From Phycisphaerae bacterium (GTDB lineage Bacteria; Planctomycetota; Phycisphaerae; UBA1845; Fen-1342), in NCBI GenBank assembly GCA_963675745.2, contig CAXXWX010000026.1, forward strand, positions 768,001 to 832,000: a DNA stretch of 64,000 nt. Reading direction: 5' to 3'. Below, one piece after another: positions 1 through 9,210 of this stretch; within the stretch, counting starts at the first letter, position 1; each line of letters starts with the position of its first letter. Made by a program: the position numbers and the translations under genes. The notes under the pieces were generated by a model that had not been told where the DNA came from, made no database searches, and saw only the letters and a list, made by a program, of their open reading frames with translations.

Positions 1-1
1 T

Positions 2-367
2 GACCAGATCAGCATGGCGGCAGCGTGTGCGTGCGGCCTCATCGATCATGACGCGGCCGAAGCTCGCGCCCTGCACACGGTCTTCGGCGCGCGCACGCCG
101 GAGTTGCCGATCATGGCGATCAAGGGTGGGATCGGCAACAACGGTGCCGGCAGCGGCGCCGTCGATTTCATCGCCGCCGTCCTCGCACTCCACAACCGCA
201 CGATCCCCGGTGCGATCAACAGCGGCAACGCCGACCCGGCGTGCAACCTGAACGTCGTCGCGCCAGGGCCGACTGACGCGAACATTGACGCGGCGGTATC
301 CGCGTCTTACGCACTCGGCGGCGGCCAGAACGCGGCTTTGGTAATCAAACGCTACGCAGCGCAGTGA
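2..367 (+). CDS. C-terminal part of a ketosynthase-like protein (FabF/chain-length-factor-like), truncated by the window edge
   Basis: The KS C-terminal pattern (D..EA.AL...FG, IKGGIG..GAGSG, TIP..IN, S.A.GG.NAALV) is present. The usual AHGTGT reads ACACG and K..IGH reads KGGIGN. Confidence 0.75.
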   Translation, partial: DQISMAAACACGLIDHDAAEARALHTVFGARTPELPIMAIKGGIGNNGAGSGAVDFIAAVLALHNRTIPGAINSGNADPACNLNVVAPGPTDANIDAAVSASYALGGGQNAALVIKRYAAQ

Positions 368-393
368 CACGCGGGAGAAGCGGACACCAGGCG

Positions 394-1689
394 ATGAAAA
401 GACGAGTGGTCATCACGGGCATGGGTTGGATCACGCCGCTCGGCTGCGACGTCGAAGCGGTCTGGCAGCGCCTGTTGAAAGGCGACAGCGGCATTCTGCC
501 CACGACGATCTTTGACGCCACCACATTTCCGACCACGTTTGCCGCGGAAGTGAAGGATTTCGATCTGAAGCACTTCCTCGGGGAGCGTTACGCCGACCAC
601 CAGACTTGCAGCCGCAATGCCGGATTCGCGCTGGCGGCGGCGGAGCTCGCCTGGCAACACGCCGGACTGAACGGCGCCCCCGGCGTCGATCCGGAGATGG
701 TGGGTGTTTATCTCGGATCGGGTGAGGGGCCCATCGATTTTGACAACTTCGCGGCGGCGGCGCTGGCGGGCTGGGACGGCGCCGAGCGCAAGCTGGACGC
801 CGCGCGCTGGGCCGAGGCCGGTTATGAGCGTCTCGATGCGGTGAAGGAGTTTGAGCAGGATCCGAACTGTGCCGCCGGCCATCTGGCCTGCCGCTTCAAT
901 GCGCAGGGTCCGAACCTGAACACGCTGACGGCTTGCGCCGCCAGCACGCAGGCGCTCGGCGAGGCCAGCCGGCTGATTCGGCGCGGCGACGCGGATGTGA
1001 TGATCTCGGGTGGGGCGCACAGCATGATTCACCCGCTGGGCGTCACGGGTTTCAATCGTCTGACCGCGCTGTCCACGCGCAATGATGATTGCACGACGTC
1101 TTCGCGGCCGTTCGACAGCACGCGCGACGGCTTTGTGCTCGGCGAAGGCTCGGGCATTCTGATCCTCGAGGAATACGAGGTCGCCCGGAGACGTGGAGCG
1201 CGAATCCTGGCCGAGATTACCGGGTTTGGCTCGACCGCCGACGCCTTCCGTGTAACTGATATGCACGATGAGGGTCGCGGAGCGGTCGGCGCGATGAGCG
1301 CTGCACTGGCGGACGCCGGCGTTGAGCCCGCGGATATCGACTACATCTCGGCCCACGGCACGGGCACCGAGGAAAACGACAAGATCGAATCAAAAGCCAT
1401 ACAAACGCTGTTCGGCGAGCGCGCGTCGCAGGTTCCGGTGAGCAGCGTCAAGAGCATGTTCGGCCACTTGATCGCGGGCGCGGGGGCCGTCGAGCTGATC
1501 ACGTGCGTGCTCGCGCTGCGCGACGGCGTCATCCCGCCGACCATGAACTACACGCATCCCGATCCCAACTGCACGCTCGACTACGTCCCCAACAAACCCC
1601 GCAAGGCACAGCTTAAGACCGTGTTGTCAAACAGCTTCGGCTTCGGCGGTCAAAACGACACCATTGTCGTCAAGGCGATTGACCAGTAG
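394..1689 (+). CDS. fabF: Beta-ketoacyl-ACP synthase II
   Basis: RRVVITGMG start; catalytic Cys (TACAAS), His (SAHGTGT) and His (KSMFGHLIAGAG); SNSFGFGG at the end. ATG 394 chosen as start. Confidence 0.9.
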   Translation: MKRRVVITGMGWITPLGCDVEAVWQRLLKGDSGILPTTIFDATTFPTTFAAEVKDFDLKHFLGERYADHQTCSRNAGFALAAAELAWQHAGLNGAPGVDPEMVGVYLGSGEGPIDFDNFAAAALAGWDGAERKLDAARWAEAGYERLDAVKEFEQDPNCAAGHLACRFNAQGPNLNTLTACAASTQALGEASRLIRRGDADVMISGGAHSMIHPLGVTGFNRLTALSTRNDDCTTSSRPFDSTRDGFVLGEGSGILILEEYEVARRRGARILAEITGFGSTADAFRVTDMHDEGRGAVGAMSAALADAGVEPADIDYISAHGTGTEENDKIESKAIQTLFGERASQVPVSSVKSMFGHLIAGAGAVELITCVLALRDGVIPPTMNYTHPDPNCTLDYVPNKPRKAQLKTVLSNSFGFGGQNDTIVVKAIDQ

Positions 1690-1743
1690 CGCCGAGCCAC
1701 TGCGCCCGACCGTCGCCGCCGTCGTTCCACGGCCAACGAGGCC

Positions 1744-1778
1744 GGGTGCCATGCCGACGGCTGTTCGCGTCGGCATGT
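1744..1778 (+). repeat. REP-like palindromic element (family A), copy 1
   Basis: GGGTGCCATGCCGACG-GCTGTTCG-CGTCGGCATGT has a 10-bp perfect stem. It is the exact 35-nt reverse complement of 32472..32506 and lies between convergent genes. Confidence 0.75.
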
Positions 1779-1799
1779 CCTTCGGTGTGGCTGCGGCAG

Positions 1800-4049
1800 T
1801 CAGTGTGTTAAGGCGTATAGCACTATGTTGGCGGCGAGGCGTTGGGCGTCGGTGGGTTCCAGGCCGCGGCAACCGAAGGCGGCTTGGGCACTTGTCCCGC
1901 AGAGATACGCGTAAGGGCTGTAGACCAGCGCCAGACGCCCGTCCAGAGTGAGTCCCCACAGTTCGGGCATATCCAGACCCGGTTGCTCGCTGAGTGCGGC
2001 GGCGTTGTAGCGCACGTGGCTCACATCGAAACCCGGCCGGCCTTGAATGATCGCATGGTCCACCGGCAAACGCGCGAGCTGTGCGTTCGGGAACGTCTCG
2101 GCGATCATCGCGCGGAATGCCTCATCGAAGGACTCCCAGCCGCAACACGCGTCGGCCATTAAGAAACCCGCCCCGCCTGAGATGGCCGGCCAATGCCGTA
2201 CGCGTTCCTCCGGCGATAGAGTGAACCCCGAACAGCCGGTCATGTAGAGGATGGGACTGGTGGCGAGCTCTTCGCTGGTCAGGCGCAACTGCCGATAGCG
2301 CGAGACGACGTCGAGCTTAAGCTCGTCGCGCAGGAACTCCGCCAGGCCGACCGGCGCCAGCGGATAGGGCCGCCAATCGCCGTCGTATACGATCTGCGTG
2401 AGTCGCAACGCGTCGCCGGGTGGCGTGCCGGGGTCGTCCGGCTGGTCGGCTTCGGGCATGACCAGTGCATCGAGCCGATCGCGCAACGGTCGCCGACCCA
2501 GGGCGTGCGCCGCGATATTCGCGCCGAGTTGCAGCGCCTTCTCGCTCAACGCGGGCTTGGTGGTCATTTCCCACAGCGCGCCGATGTTCGCCGGCGAGAA
2601 AAACACAGCAGTTCGGCAGCCAACGTCGATGCCGCGCAGCTCGGCGGGCTCAAGGTCAAACTCAAGGTGATAAACCGGATGGGCCGGGCCCAGCTCGCGT
2701 AGCGGATACTCCGGGAATGTCGCGCTGGCGAATTGCTCGAATCCCTGCACAAACGCACGCCGCCGGCAGCACGCGTCGAAGAAAATCGTGCCGCCCTGCT
2801 CGACGTATTCGCGCAGTTTCTCACGTTGGCGCGCGGACCATTTGGGAAACTGATGCCCCTCGACATACAGCAGGGGCGCTTCGAGCCACTCGCTCAACGG
2901 CGCCTCGAACGGTATCGACTGAGAGGCGGTTGCTTTCCCGAACCGGTCGCCAACGAAGCCAACCAGGCCGGCCACGTCATAACGATCCAGGTTCCACTGC
3001 TGGTCGTCCGACCACTTGAGTTTCTGTACGAGCAGGGGCTTGCGCCCCTTGGCCAGGAACATCACGGCGAAGCAGGTGTTGTGGAAGTCGCCGGTCCACG
3101 TGCCGTCGGCGCGCTGGTGGCTCACCAGGTACGCCGCGCCTTCGCGGTACCAGTCATGCCCGCCGAAGTAACGCTCGCCGGAGAAGATCCCGGTGCGTTC
3201 GACTGCCAACAGCCAGTAGTACACCCAGTTATCGTCGCCGCCCGGGTGGTGGTCGGCCCTGAACGCGCGGGACAGCCACTCCATGCCCTCGGCCATAGGC
3301 CGGCTGTAGCGATACTCGCCGCAGTGCGTCACGACACCGTTGGAGTAGTTGCGACCCATGCGCGCCGCGGCTCGTTCACCGACGATGTGCAGATTGGTGA
3401 CATTGGCCGCGGTGGCGGCACCGAAACTGCTGCCGCGCGCCCGATAGCTCCACCCGCCGTCGGATTGCTGCGTGTCGAGAACGGCTTTGCGGATGTCGCG
3501 CCACACGCCCCGCGGGATCTCCGCACCGGCTTCGGCGGCGGCGTGCAACCCGAGTAGTGCGAACTGCGTGTTCGAGTGGTCGAAGTTGCAGTTCGCCGCG
3601 CTCGCGCCGTATGACCACAGGCCGCTCGGGCAGCGCGTGAGCAGCAGCCAGTCGGCGGCGGCGTCGATCTCAGCGCGGTATCGATCGGGATCCGCGGCCG
3701 CCGCCAGCGCCATCAGCTTGAGCCCGACAACATATGTCCGCTCATTTGGCACAGCGCGTACGCGTTCGAGTGCGGCGGCGAGTAGCGGCGACTTGGGTGA
3801 CTCGCCGGCCTCGAGCAGCGCCAGACTCGCCAGGCAAGTGTAACCGCCGGTGTACCGGCGATATTCAGGCCATGAACCATCGGCGCGACACCGCTGCTTG
3901 ATCGCAATCACGCCTTCCTCAAGAGCCCGATTCACTTCGGCACTGGTCACGTCGGCGCGACCGGTTGCGGGCGTACCGGCCGCGACGCCAGCGATCAACC
4001 CGACGACCACAACCAACCACGACCCGCGGTTTCGCGTGCATCGAACCAT
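1800..4049 (-). CDS. Secreted protein with prenyltransferase/squalene-cyclase-type repeats plus two DUF4159-like domains
   Basis: Signal peptide; QW-type repeats (QQSDGGWSY, HQRADGTW) and DHSNTQFALLGL; two LxxYxxxGG.(F/L)..DACC domains ending in ANIxxxAL. Confidence 0.75.
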   Translation of the reverse strand: MVRCTRNRGSWLVVVVGLIAGVAAGTPATGRADVTSAEVNRALEEGVIAIKQRCRADGSWPEYRRYTGGYTCLASLALLEAGESPKSPLLAAALERVRAVPNERTYVVGLKLMALAAAADPDRYRAEIDAAADWLLLTRCPSGLWSYGASAANCNFDHSNTQFALLGLHAAAEAGAEIPRGVWRDIRKAVLDTQQSDGGWSYRARGSSFGAATAANVTNLHIVGERAAARMGRNYSNGVVTHCGEYRYSRPMAEGMEWLSRAFRADHHPGGDDNWVYYWLLAVERTGIFSGERYFGGHDWYREGAAYLVSHQRADGTWTGDFHNTCFAVMFLAKGRKPLLVQKLKWSDDQQWNLDRYDVAGLVGFVGDRFGKATASQSIPFEAPLSEWLEAPLLYVEGHQFPKWSARQREKLREYVEQGGTIFFDACCRRRAFVQGFEQFASATFPEYPLRELGPAHPVYHLEFDLEPAELRGIDVGCRTAVFFSPANIGALWEMTTKPALSEKALQLGANIAAHALGRRPLRDRLDALVMPEADQPDDPGTPPGDALRLTQIVYDGDWRPYPLAPVGLAEFLRDELKLDVVSRYRQLRLTSEELATSPILYMTGCSGFTLSPEERVRHWPAISGGAGFLMADACCGWESFDEAFRAMIAETFPNAQLARLPVDHAIIQGRPGFDVSHVRYNAAALSEQPGLDMPELWGLTLDGRLALVYSPYAYLCGTSAQAAFGCRGLEPTDAQRLAANIVLYALTH

Positions 4050-4056
4050 CGGGCAC

Positions 4057-4064
4057 AGTATAGC
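4057..4064 (-). promoter_or_regulatory. Sigma70 -10 box (GC-TATACT) 7 nt upstream of ATG 4049
   Basis: Minus strand reads GCTATACTGTGCCCGATG, with no Shine-Dalgarno. Confidence 0.55.
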
Positions 4065-4078
4065 GGCGACAGCCCGGC

Positions 4079-4128
4079 GGCAGGTCTCGCTTCGCTCAAC
4101 CTACCCTACTATGCTCGACCTACCCTAC
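4079..4128 (-). repeat. GTAG-type REP-like element (family B) plus a truncated second copy
   Basis: Minus strand GTAG-GGTAGGT-TGA-GCGAAGC-GAG-ACCTGCC (4079..4109) forms a stem with an inner GC-GAA-GC hairpin. A partial copy, GTAGGGTAGGTCGAGC, lies at 4113..4128. Confidence 0.6.
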
Positions 4129-4133
4129 GCGGC

Positions 4134-4168
4134 TGTTCCCCGTTCCCCGTTCCCTGTTCCCCGCTCCC
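4134..4168 (+). repeat. Heptamer tandem repeat (YGTTCCC) x5
   Basis: tgttccc cgttccc cgttccc tgttccc cgctccc. Confidence 0.8.
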
Positions 4169-4199
4169 GGCCCCGCACCTCGTCAGGCGCCCGCCGCGG

Positions 4200-4208
4200 T
4201 GCTATAGT
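4200..4208 (+). promoter_or_regulatory. Extended -10 promoter (TG-C-TATAGT) 7 nt upstream of the prmC ATG
   Basis: TGCTATAGTGCGACTTATG, with no Shine-Dalgarno. Confidence 0.6.
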
Positions 4209-4215
4209 GCGACTT

Positions 4216-5133
4216 ATGGCGGCGTCAGCCAGTGAATCTGAGCCCTGGACGGTCAAACGGCTGCTTGGCTGGACACAGGAGCACTTCGCGCGTCAGGGCC
4301 TCGAATCGCCGCGCCTGTGCAGCGAGATTCTGCTGGCGCATGCGATGGGCTGCCAACGGCTGATGCTCTTTACGCAGCATGAGCTTGTGCCGGGCAAGGA
4401 TGTGCTGGATGCGTTTCGCGCCAACGTCCAGCAGGCCGCCGAGGGTCGGCCGATAGCACATCTGACCGGCAGCAAGGAGTTCTTCTCACTGTCGTTTGAG
4501 GTCAGTGCCGATGTGCTGATCCCGCGCCCGGAGACCGAGATACTGGTCGAGCGCGTGATCCATCTTGTGCGGCACGGCGGCCAACCCGCTCCGACGATTA
4601 TCGACCTCGGAACCGGCAGCGGCTGCATCGCGATCAGCCTGGCCGCAAACCTGCCCGACGCCAAGGTGATCGCCACGGATATCTCCGAGCAAGCGATCAC
4701 AGTCGCCCGGCGAAACGCCGAACGTCACGGTGTGTCCGACCGCATCGATTTTCTGGTCGGAGACCTACTGGCCCCCTGGGAGCACTCTTCGGGCAGCCGT
4801 CCGGCGGACATCATCGTCAGCAACCCGCCTTATATCGCGGAAACGCAGGTCGACACGCTATCCAGGACGGTGCGCGCGTTTGAGCCACATGCGGCGTTGT
4901 TTGGTGGACGTGACGGTCTGGCGGTGATACGGCGCATATTGGCGGAAGCGCCGCGCTGGATGGTGCCAGGCGGCCATTTGCTGCTGGAGATCGCTTTTGA
5001 CCAGGCGGAACGCGTGCGCGACTTACCGGATGCCGCGCACTGGACCGATCTGGTGACGTACCGCGACGGCGGCGGCCATGAGCGCGTGGTGCATCTCCGC
5101 CGCCGCGCCGATGATCAATCACAAGTAGCGTGA
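4216..5133 (+). CDS. prmC: Peptide chain release factor N(5)-glutamine methyltransferase
   Basis: VLIPRPETE, DLGTGSGCIA and VSNPPYI motifs. Confidence 0.93.
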   Translation: MAASASESEPWTVKRLLGWTQEHFARQGLESPRLCSEILLAHAMGCQRLMLFTQHELVPGKDVLDAFRANVQQAAEGRPIAHLTGSKEFFSLSFEVSADVLIPRPETEILVERVIHLVRHGGQPAPTIIDLGTGSGCIAISLAANLPDAKVIATDISEQAITVARRNAERHGVSDRIDFLVGDLLAPWEHSSGSRPADIIVSNPPYIAETQVDTLSRTVRAFEPHAALFGGRDGLAVIRRILAEAPRWMVPGGHLLLEIAFDQAERVRDLPDAAHWTDLVTYRDGGGHERVVHLRRRADDQSQVA

Positions 5134-5144
5134 AAGGAAGCACG

Positions 5145-6425
5145 ATGTCGCTGCCGTATTTCGAGATTCGCGGGGGCAATCGCCTCAAGGGGGCGGTGCG
5201 TATCAGCGGCGCCAAAAACGCCGCCCTGCCCATCATGGCCGCCTGCATTCTGTGCGAGGGCGAAGTGATCCTGCACGACGTGCCCGAGGTCAGCGACGTG
5301 CGCTTTCTGGGCGACCTGCTGACCAAGCTGGGCGTGGATGTCAGCCGGCAGGCGGACGGTTCGCTGCGCCTCGTGGTGCGCGACGAGATGAACTGCAAAG
5401 CCGAGTACGACATAGTCCGCAAGATGCGCGCCTCGATCTGCGTGCTCGGGCCGCTGCTGGCCAAGCGCGGCCAGGCCCAGGTCTCGATGCCCGGTGGCTG
5501 CCTGATCGGTGATCGACCGGTCAACCTGCACCTCGCCGCCATGCGCAAGCTCGGCGCCGACATCGACCTGATGACCGGCGACATCGCCGCCAAAGCGCGC
5601 AAGCTGAAGGGCACCGAGATGTTTCTCGGGGGGCCGTTCGGATCCACCGTGCTCGGCACGGCCAATGCCATGATGGCGGCCACCCTGGCCGCGGGGCGCA
5701 CCGTGATCGAGATGGCCGCCTGTGAACCCGAGGTCGTCGACCTGGCTGACTTCCTCAACAAGTGCGGCGCGCAAATCAGTGGCCAGGGCACCCCCCGCAT
5801 TACCGTTGAGGGCGTCAAGGAGCTGAAGGGCTGCGAGTATCGGATCATCCCCGACCGCATCGAGGCCGGCACGTTCATGGTCGCCGCGGCCATCACCAAC
5901 GGCGACGTCAAGCTCGAGAATTGTCGACTTGACCACCTGGTGGCGTTCGTCGATCGACTTAACGCGGTTGGTGTGAATGTGGAGCGCAACGGGGAGCTGG
6001 TCGGGGTTACGTCGGCCCGGCGCCTGGAGCCCGTCGACGTAACCACCCAGCCGTTCCCGGGCATGCCGACCGATTTACAGGCCCAGCTCATGGCCCTGTT
6101 GTGCCTCGCGGATGGCAACAGCATTATCACGGAGAAAATCTACCCGGATCGCTACCTGCACGTGCCCGAGCTGAACCGCATGGGCGCCCGGTTGCGGCGC
6201 GAAGGACCAACAGTGATTGTGCAGGGGGTGAAACGGCTGCTCGGAGCGCCGGTGATGGCGTCAGACCTGCGCGCGTCGGCGGCGCTGGTGTTGGCCGGCC
6301 TCTGCGCGCGCGGCACGACACAGGTGAATCGCATATACCACATCGACCGGGGTTATCAGAGAATCGACGAGAAACTCCGCACGCTCGGCGCCGACATCGA
6401 ACGGCTGGAAGGCGGCAAGGAATAG
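5145..6425 (+). CDS. murA: UDP-N-acetylglucosamine 1-carboxyvinyltransferase
   Basis: [44 protein letters not shown] and HIDRGY motifs; AGGAAG before ATG 5145. Confidence 0.96.
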   Translation: MSLPYFEIRGGNRLKGAVRISGAKNAALPIMAACILCEGEVILHDVPEVSDVRFLGDLLTKLGVDVSRQADGSLRLVVRDEMNCKAEYDIVRKMRASICVLGPLLAKRGQAQVSMPGGCLIGDRPVNLHLAAMRKLGADIDLMTGDIAAKARKLKGTEMFLGGPFGSTVLGTANAMMAATLAAGRTVIEMAACEPEVVDLADFLNKCGAQISGQGTPRITVEGVKELKGCEYRIIPDRIEAGTFMVAAAITNGDVKLENCRLDHLVAFVDRLNAVGVNVERNGELVGVTSARRLEPVDVTTQPFPGMPTDLQAQLMALLCLADGNSIITEKIYPDRYLHVPELNRMGARLRREGPTVIVQGVKRLLGAPVMASDLRASAALVLAGLCARGTTQVNRIYHIDRGYQRIDEKLRTLGADIERLEGGKE

Positions 6426-6550
6426 CTGAAAAACACGCGCGCCAGCGGCGCAGCGCCACGCCGGCGGAATCGGCCACTCGTTGCGGCGGCCGCGGCGCGG
6501 CACTCACCATTGACACCACCAGGCATGCTTCAACCGCGGGAGCAACTGCG

Positions 6551-7531
6551 ATGACTGCTACACTCATCAAAACGGCCGGCTGGCGCGCCATGTTGCTCGC
6601 CGCAACCCTGACCTCTGCCGCAGCGCTACCGGCCTCGGCCGAGCCCCCACCCGCCGACAAGATAACCGTGGCCGTCAGCATCCTGCCCCAAGCGTATTTC
6701 GTTGAGCGGATCGGCGGCGAAAACGTCGATGTCCTCGTGCTGGTCGGCCCCGGTCAGTCGCCCCATTCCTATGACCCCACACCGCGACAGATTGCCACTC
6801 TGTCCAAGGCCCGCGTGTACTTCCGCATCGGTGTCGAGTTTGAGAGTATCGTCATGCCGCGCGTGCGGCGCATGTTCCCTGATATGCGCGTCATCGATCT
6901 GCGCGCGGGCCTCAAGCTGCGCGACATGACCGAGGAACACGGGCACGACCACGATCACGGGCACAGTCACGATGACGAACACCAACCCGCCGACGAAGAT
7001 GACCACGACGCTGAAGACGGCGACTACTCAGGCAAGGACCCGCACACCTGGCTCAGCCCACTTATGGCCAAGGCCCAGGCGCGGGCAGTCGCCGACGCAC
7101 TGAGCGATCTTGATCCCGCTCACTCCGACGTGTACCAGCGCAGTCTCCAGGCGCTTCAGCGTGATCTCGATGAGCTGCATCGTGAACTCGCCGAGGTGCT
7201 GGCGCCGGTCAAGGGACAAGATGTTCTGGTCTTCCACCCGGCCTACGGATATTTCCTTGATGAATTCGGCTTGAAGCAGGTGCCGGTTGAGATTGCCGGC
7301 AAGGAGCCGACCGCACGGCAATTGGTCGAACTCATCTCGCGGGCTCGGAAGATGCGTGTCAGGGTGATCTTTGTGCAGCCGCAATTCTCGGAAAAATCCG
7401 CAGCCGCGATCGCGGAGGGTATTGACGGCGTGGTTGTACCGCTGGACCCGTTGGCGCGTGACTACCTGGGCAACCTGCGGCAAATGGCGACTAAAATCAA
7501 AGGTGCATTGCGCGAGCAGAAAGCCCCATGA
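6551..7531 (+). CDS. znuA: Zn/Mn ABC transporter substrate-binding protein
   Basis: Signal peptide, SPHSYDPTP, His/Asp-rich loop (EEHGHDHDHGHSHDDEH), DPHTWLSP and FHPAYGYF. Confidence 0.88.
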   Translation: MTATLIKTAGWRAMLLAATLTSAAALPASAEPPPADKITVAVSILPQAYFVERIGGENVDVLVLVGPGQSPHSYDPTPRQIATLSKARVYFRIGVEFESIVMPRVRRMFPDMRVIDLRAGLKLRDMTEEHGHDHDHGHSHDDEHQPADEDDHDAEDGDYSGKDPHTWLSPLMAKAQARAVADALSDLDPAHSDVYQRSLQALQRDLDELHRELAEVLAPVKGQDVLVFHPAYGYFLDEFGLKQVPVEIAGKEPTARQLVELISRARKMRVRVIFVQPQFSEKSAAAIAEGIDGVVVPLDPLARDYLGNLRQMATKIKGALREQKAP

Positions 7532-8271
7532 CCGCGGACACCGTTATCAACATCCAGGGCTTGTCTTTTGCATACAGCGCGGCGCCGGTGCTGGAAAACG
7601 TCAGTTTCCAGATCCGGCGCGGTGACTTCGCGTGCATCGTCGGCCCGAATGGCGGCGGCAAAACCACGTTGCTGAGACTCATGCTTGGCCTGCTGAAGCC
7701 GGCCCAGGGGCAGGTGACCATATTCGGTCAGCCGCCGCACCGGGCACGCCGCCGCATCGGCTATATGCCGCAGCACACACAGCTCGATCCACTGTTTCCC
7801 ATGCGCGTTTACGATGTTGTGCTGATGGGGCGTCTGGGAATTCGGCGCGGATTCGGCCCGTATGGGGCGCAGGATCGCGCCAAGGCCACGGCGGCACTGG
7901 ACGAGGTCGGATTGAACGGGTTTGCCAAGCGCCCCTTCTCGGCGCTCTCGGGGGGCCAGCGACAGCGCGTCTTGATCGCGCGCGCCCTGGCCTGCGATCC
8001 AGACCTGTTGCTGCTTGACGAGCCAACCGCCAACCTCGACCCGGCCGTGCAGGATGACATGACCGGGCTGCTCGGGCGCCTCAGCGAGCGCCTGACCATC
8101 ATCCTCGTCTCGCACGATGTCGGTTTCGTCGTCCGGCATGTTAAGACCGTCGTTTGCGTCAATCGTGAGGTAGTCGTGCACGACGCCGGCAGCCTCACGG
8201 GCGATTCGATCCGCCGGCTTTACGGAGACGAAATGCAGATCGTGCATCATCACCACCAGCACCCGCACTGA
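7528..8271 (+). CDS. znuC: Zn/Mn ABC transporter ATP-binding protein
   Basis: GPNGGGKTT, IGYMPQ, LSGGQRQR, LLLDEPT and SHD motifs; His-rich C-terminus; ATGA overlap with znuA. Confidence 0.9.
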   Translation: MTADTVINIQGLSFAYSAAPVLENVSFQIRRGDFACIVGPNGGGKTTLLRLMLGLLKPAQGQVTIFGQPPHRARRRIGYMPQHTQLDPLFPMRVYDVVLMGRLGIRRGFGPYGAQDRAKATAALDEVGLNGFAKRPFSALSGGQRQRVLIARALACDPDLLLLDEPTANLDPAVQDDMTGLLGRLSERLTIILVSHDVGFVVRHVKTVVCVNREVVVHDAGSLTGDSIRRLYGDEMQIVHHHHQHPH

Positions 8272-8279
8272 GAAACGCC

Positions 8280-9173
8280 GTGCTCGAGTTCTTTCAGGCC
8301 GTTCGTGAGTTTTCGTTCTTACAGGTTGCCCTGCTGGCCGGTGTGCTGGCCAGCGTGGCGTGTGGCGTGGTCGGCAGCTACGTGGTTGTCCGGCGGATCT
8401 CGTTTGTCGCCGGCGGCATCGCGCACTGCGTGCTGGGGGGCATGGGCGCGGCCCGCTATCTGGCGGTCGTCCATGGCTGGGAGATGTACGAGCCGTTTCG
8501 CGGCTGGCAACCCTTGCACCCGCTTTACGGCGCTATTACCGCCGCCCTGCTCGCCGCCGTGATCATCGGCCTGGTGAGCATGCGCGGCGGACAACGCGAA
8601 GACACGGTGATCGGCGCCCTGTGGGCCATCGGCATGGCGACCGGCGTGCTCTTCATCGCCCGCACGCCGGGATACCAGGAAGAGTTGATGAGCTACCTGT
8701 TCGGCAACATTCTGATGGTCGCCCAGCAGGATTTGTGGCTGCTCGCGCTGCTGGACATCGTGATCGTCGGGGTTGGTCTGCTCTTCTATAACCAGCTTCA
8801 GGCCGTGTGCTTTGACGAGGAGTTCGCCCGACTGCGCGGGCTGCGCGTCGAGTTGTACTACATCCTGCTACTGTGTCTCACCGCCCTGACCGTCGTGCTG
8901 CTGATCAGCGTGGTGGGCATTGTCATGGTCATCGCGCTGCTTACGTTGCCGGTGGCGGTCGCCGGCTACTTCTGCCGTACGCTCTGGCAGCTCATGCTCG
9001 TGTCGTCATTGCTGAGCATGGTGTTCACGTCGGCGGGATTGGCGTTGAGCTATGGTCCCGATCTGCCCGCGGGGGCCACAACAATCGTCCTCGCCGGCGC
9101 GGTTTACGTGCTGGTGCTGATCGGCTCACGCGTGGCCCGGTCCTGGACAGCGCGCGTCCAGCGCCATGCGTAA
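8280..9173 (+). CDS. znuB: Zn/Mn ABC transporter permease
   Basis: Hydrophobic; GIAH, SYLFGNIL, FDEEFA and LP.GATIV motifs of ABC-3 permeases. Confidence 0.9.
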   Translation: MLEFFQAVREFSFLQVALLAGVLASVACGVVGSYVVVRRISFVAGGIAHCVLGGMGAARYLAVVHGWEMYEPFRGWQPLHPLYGAITAALLAAVIIGLVSMRGGQREDTVIGALWAIGMATGVLFIARTPGYQEELMSYLFGNILMVAQQDLWLLALLDIVIVGVGLLFYNQLQAVCFDEEFARLRGLRVELYYILLLCLTALTVVLLISVVGIVMVIALLTLPVAVAGYFCRTLWQLMLVSSLLSMVFTSAGLALSYGPDLPAGATTIVLAGAVYVLVLIGSRVARSWTARVQRHA

Positions 9174-9210
9174 CCTCGTGCATACACGTCAAAGCACCTA
9201 CAATCCGCGC

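Noticed and set aside
3850..4215. Long N-terminal extensions in the ORF track (prmC from 3850, znuA from 6101, SDR from 28991, rpsP from 30182, etc.)
   Set aside because: They overlap neighbouring genes or promoters. Downstream starts with an RBS or -10 box fit the family lengths.
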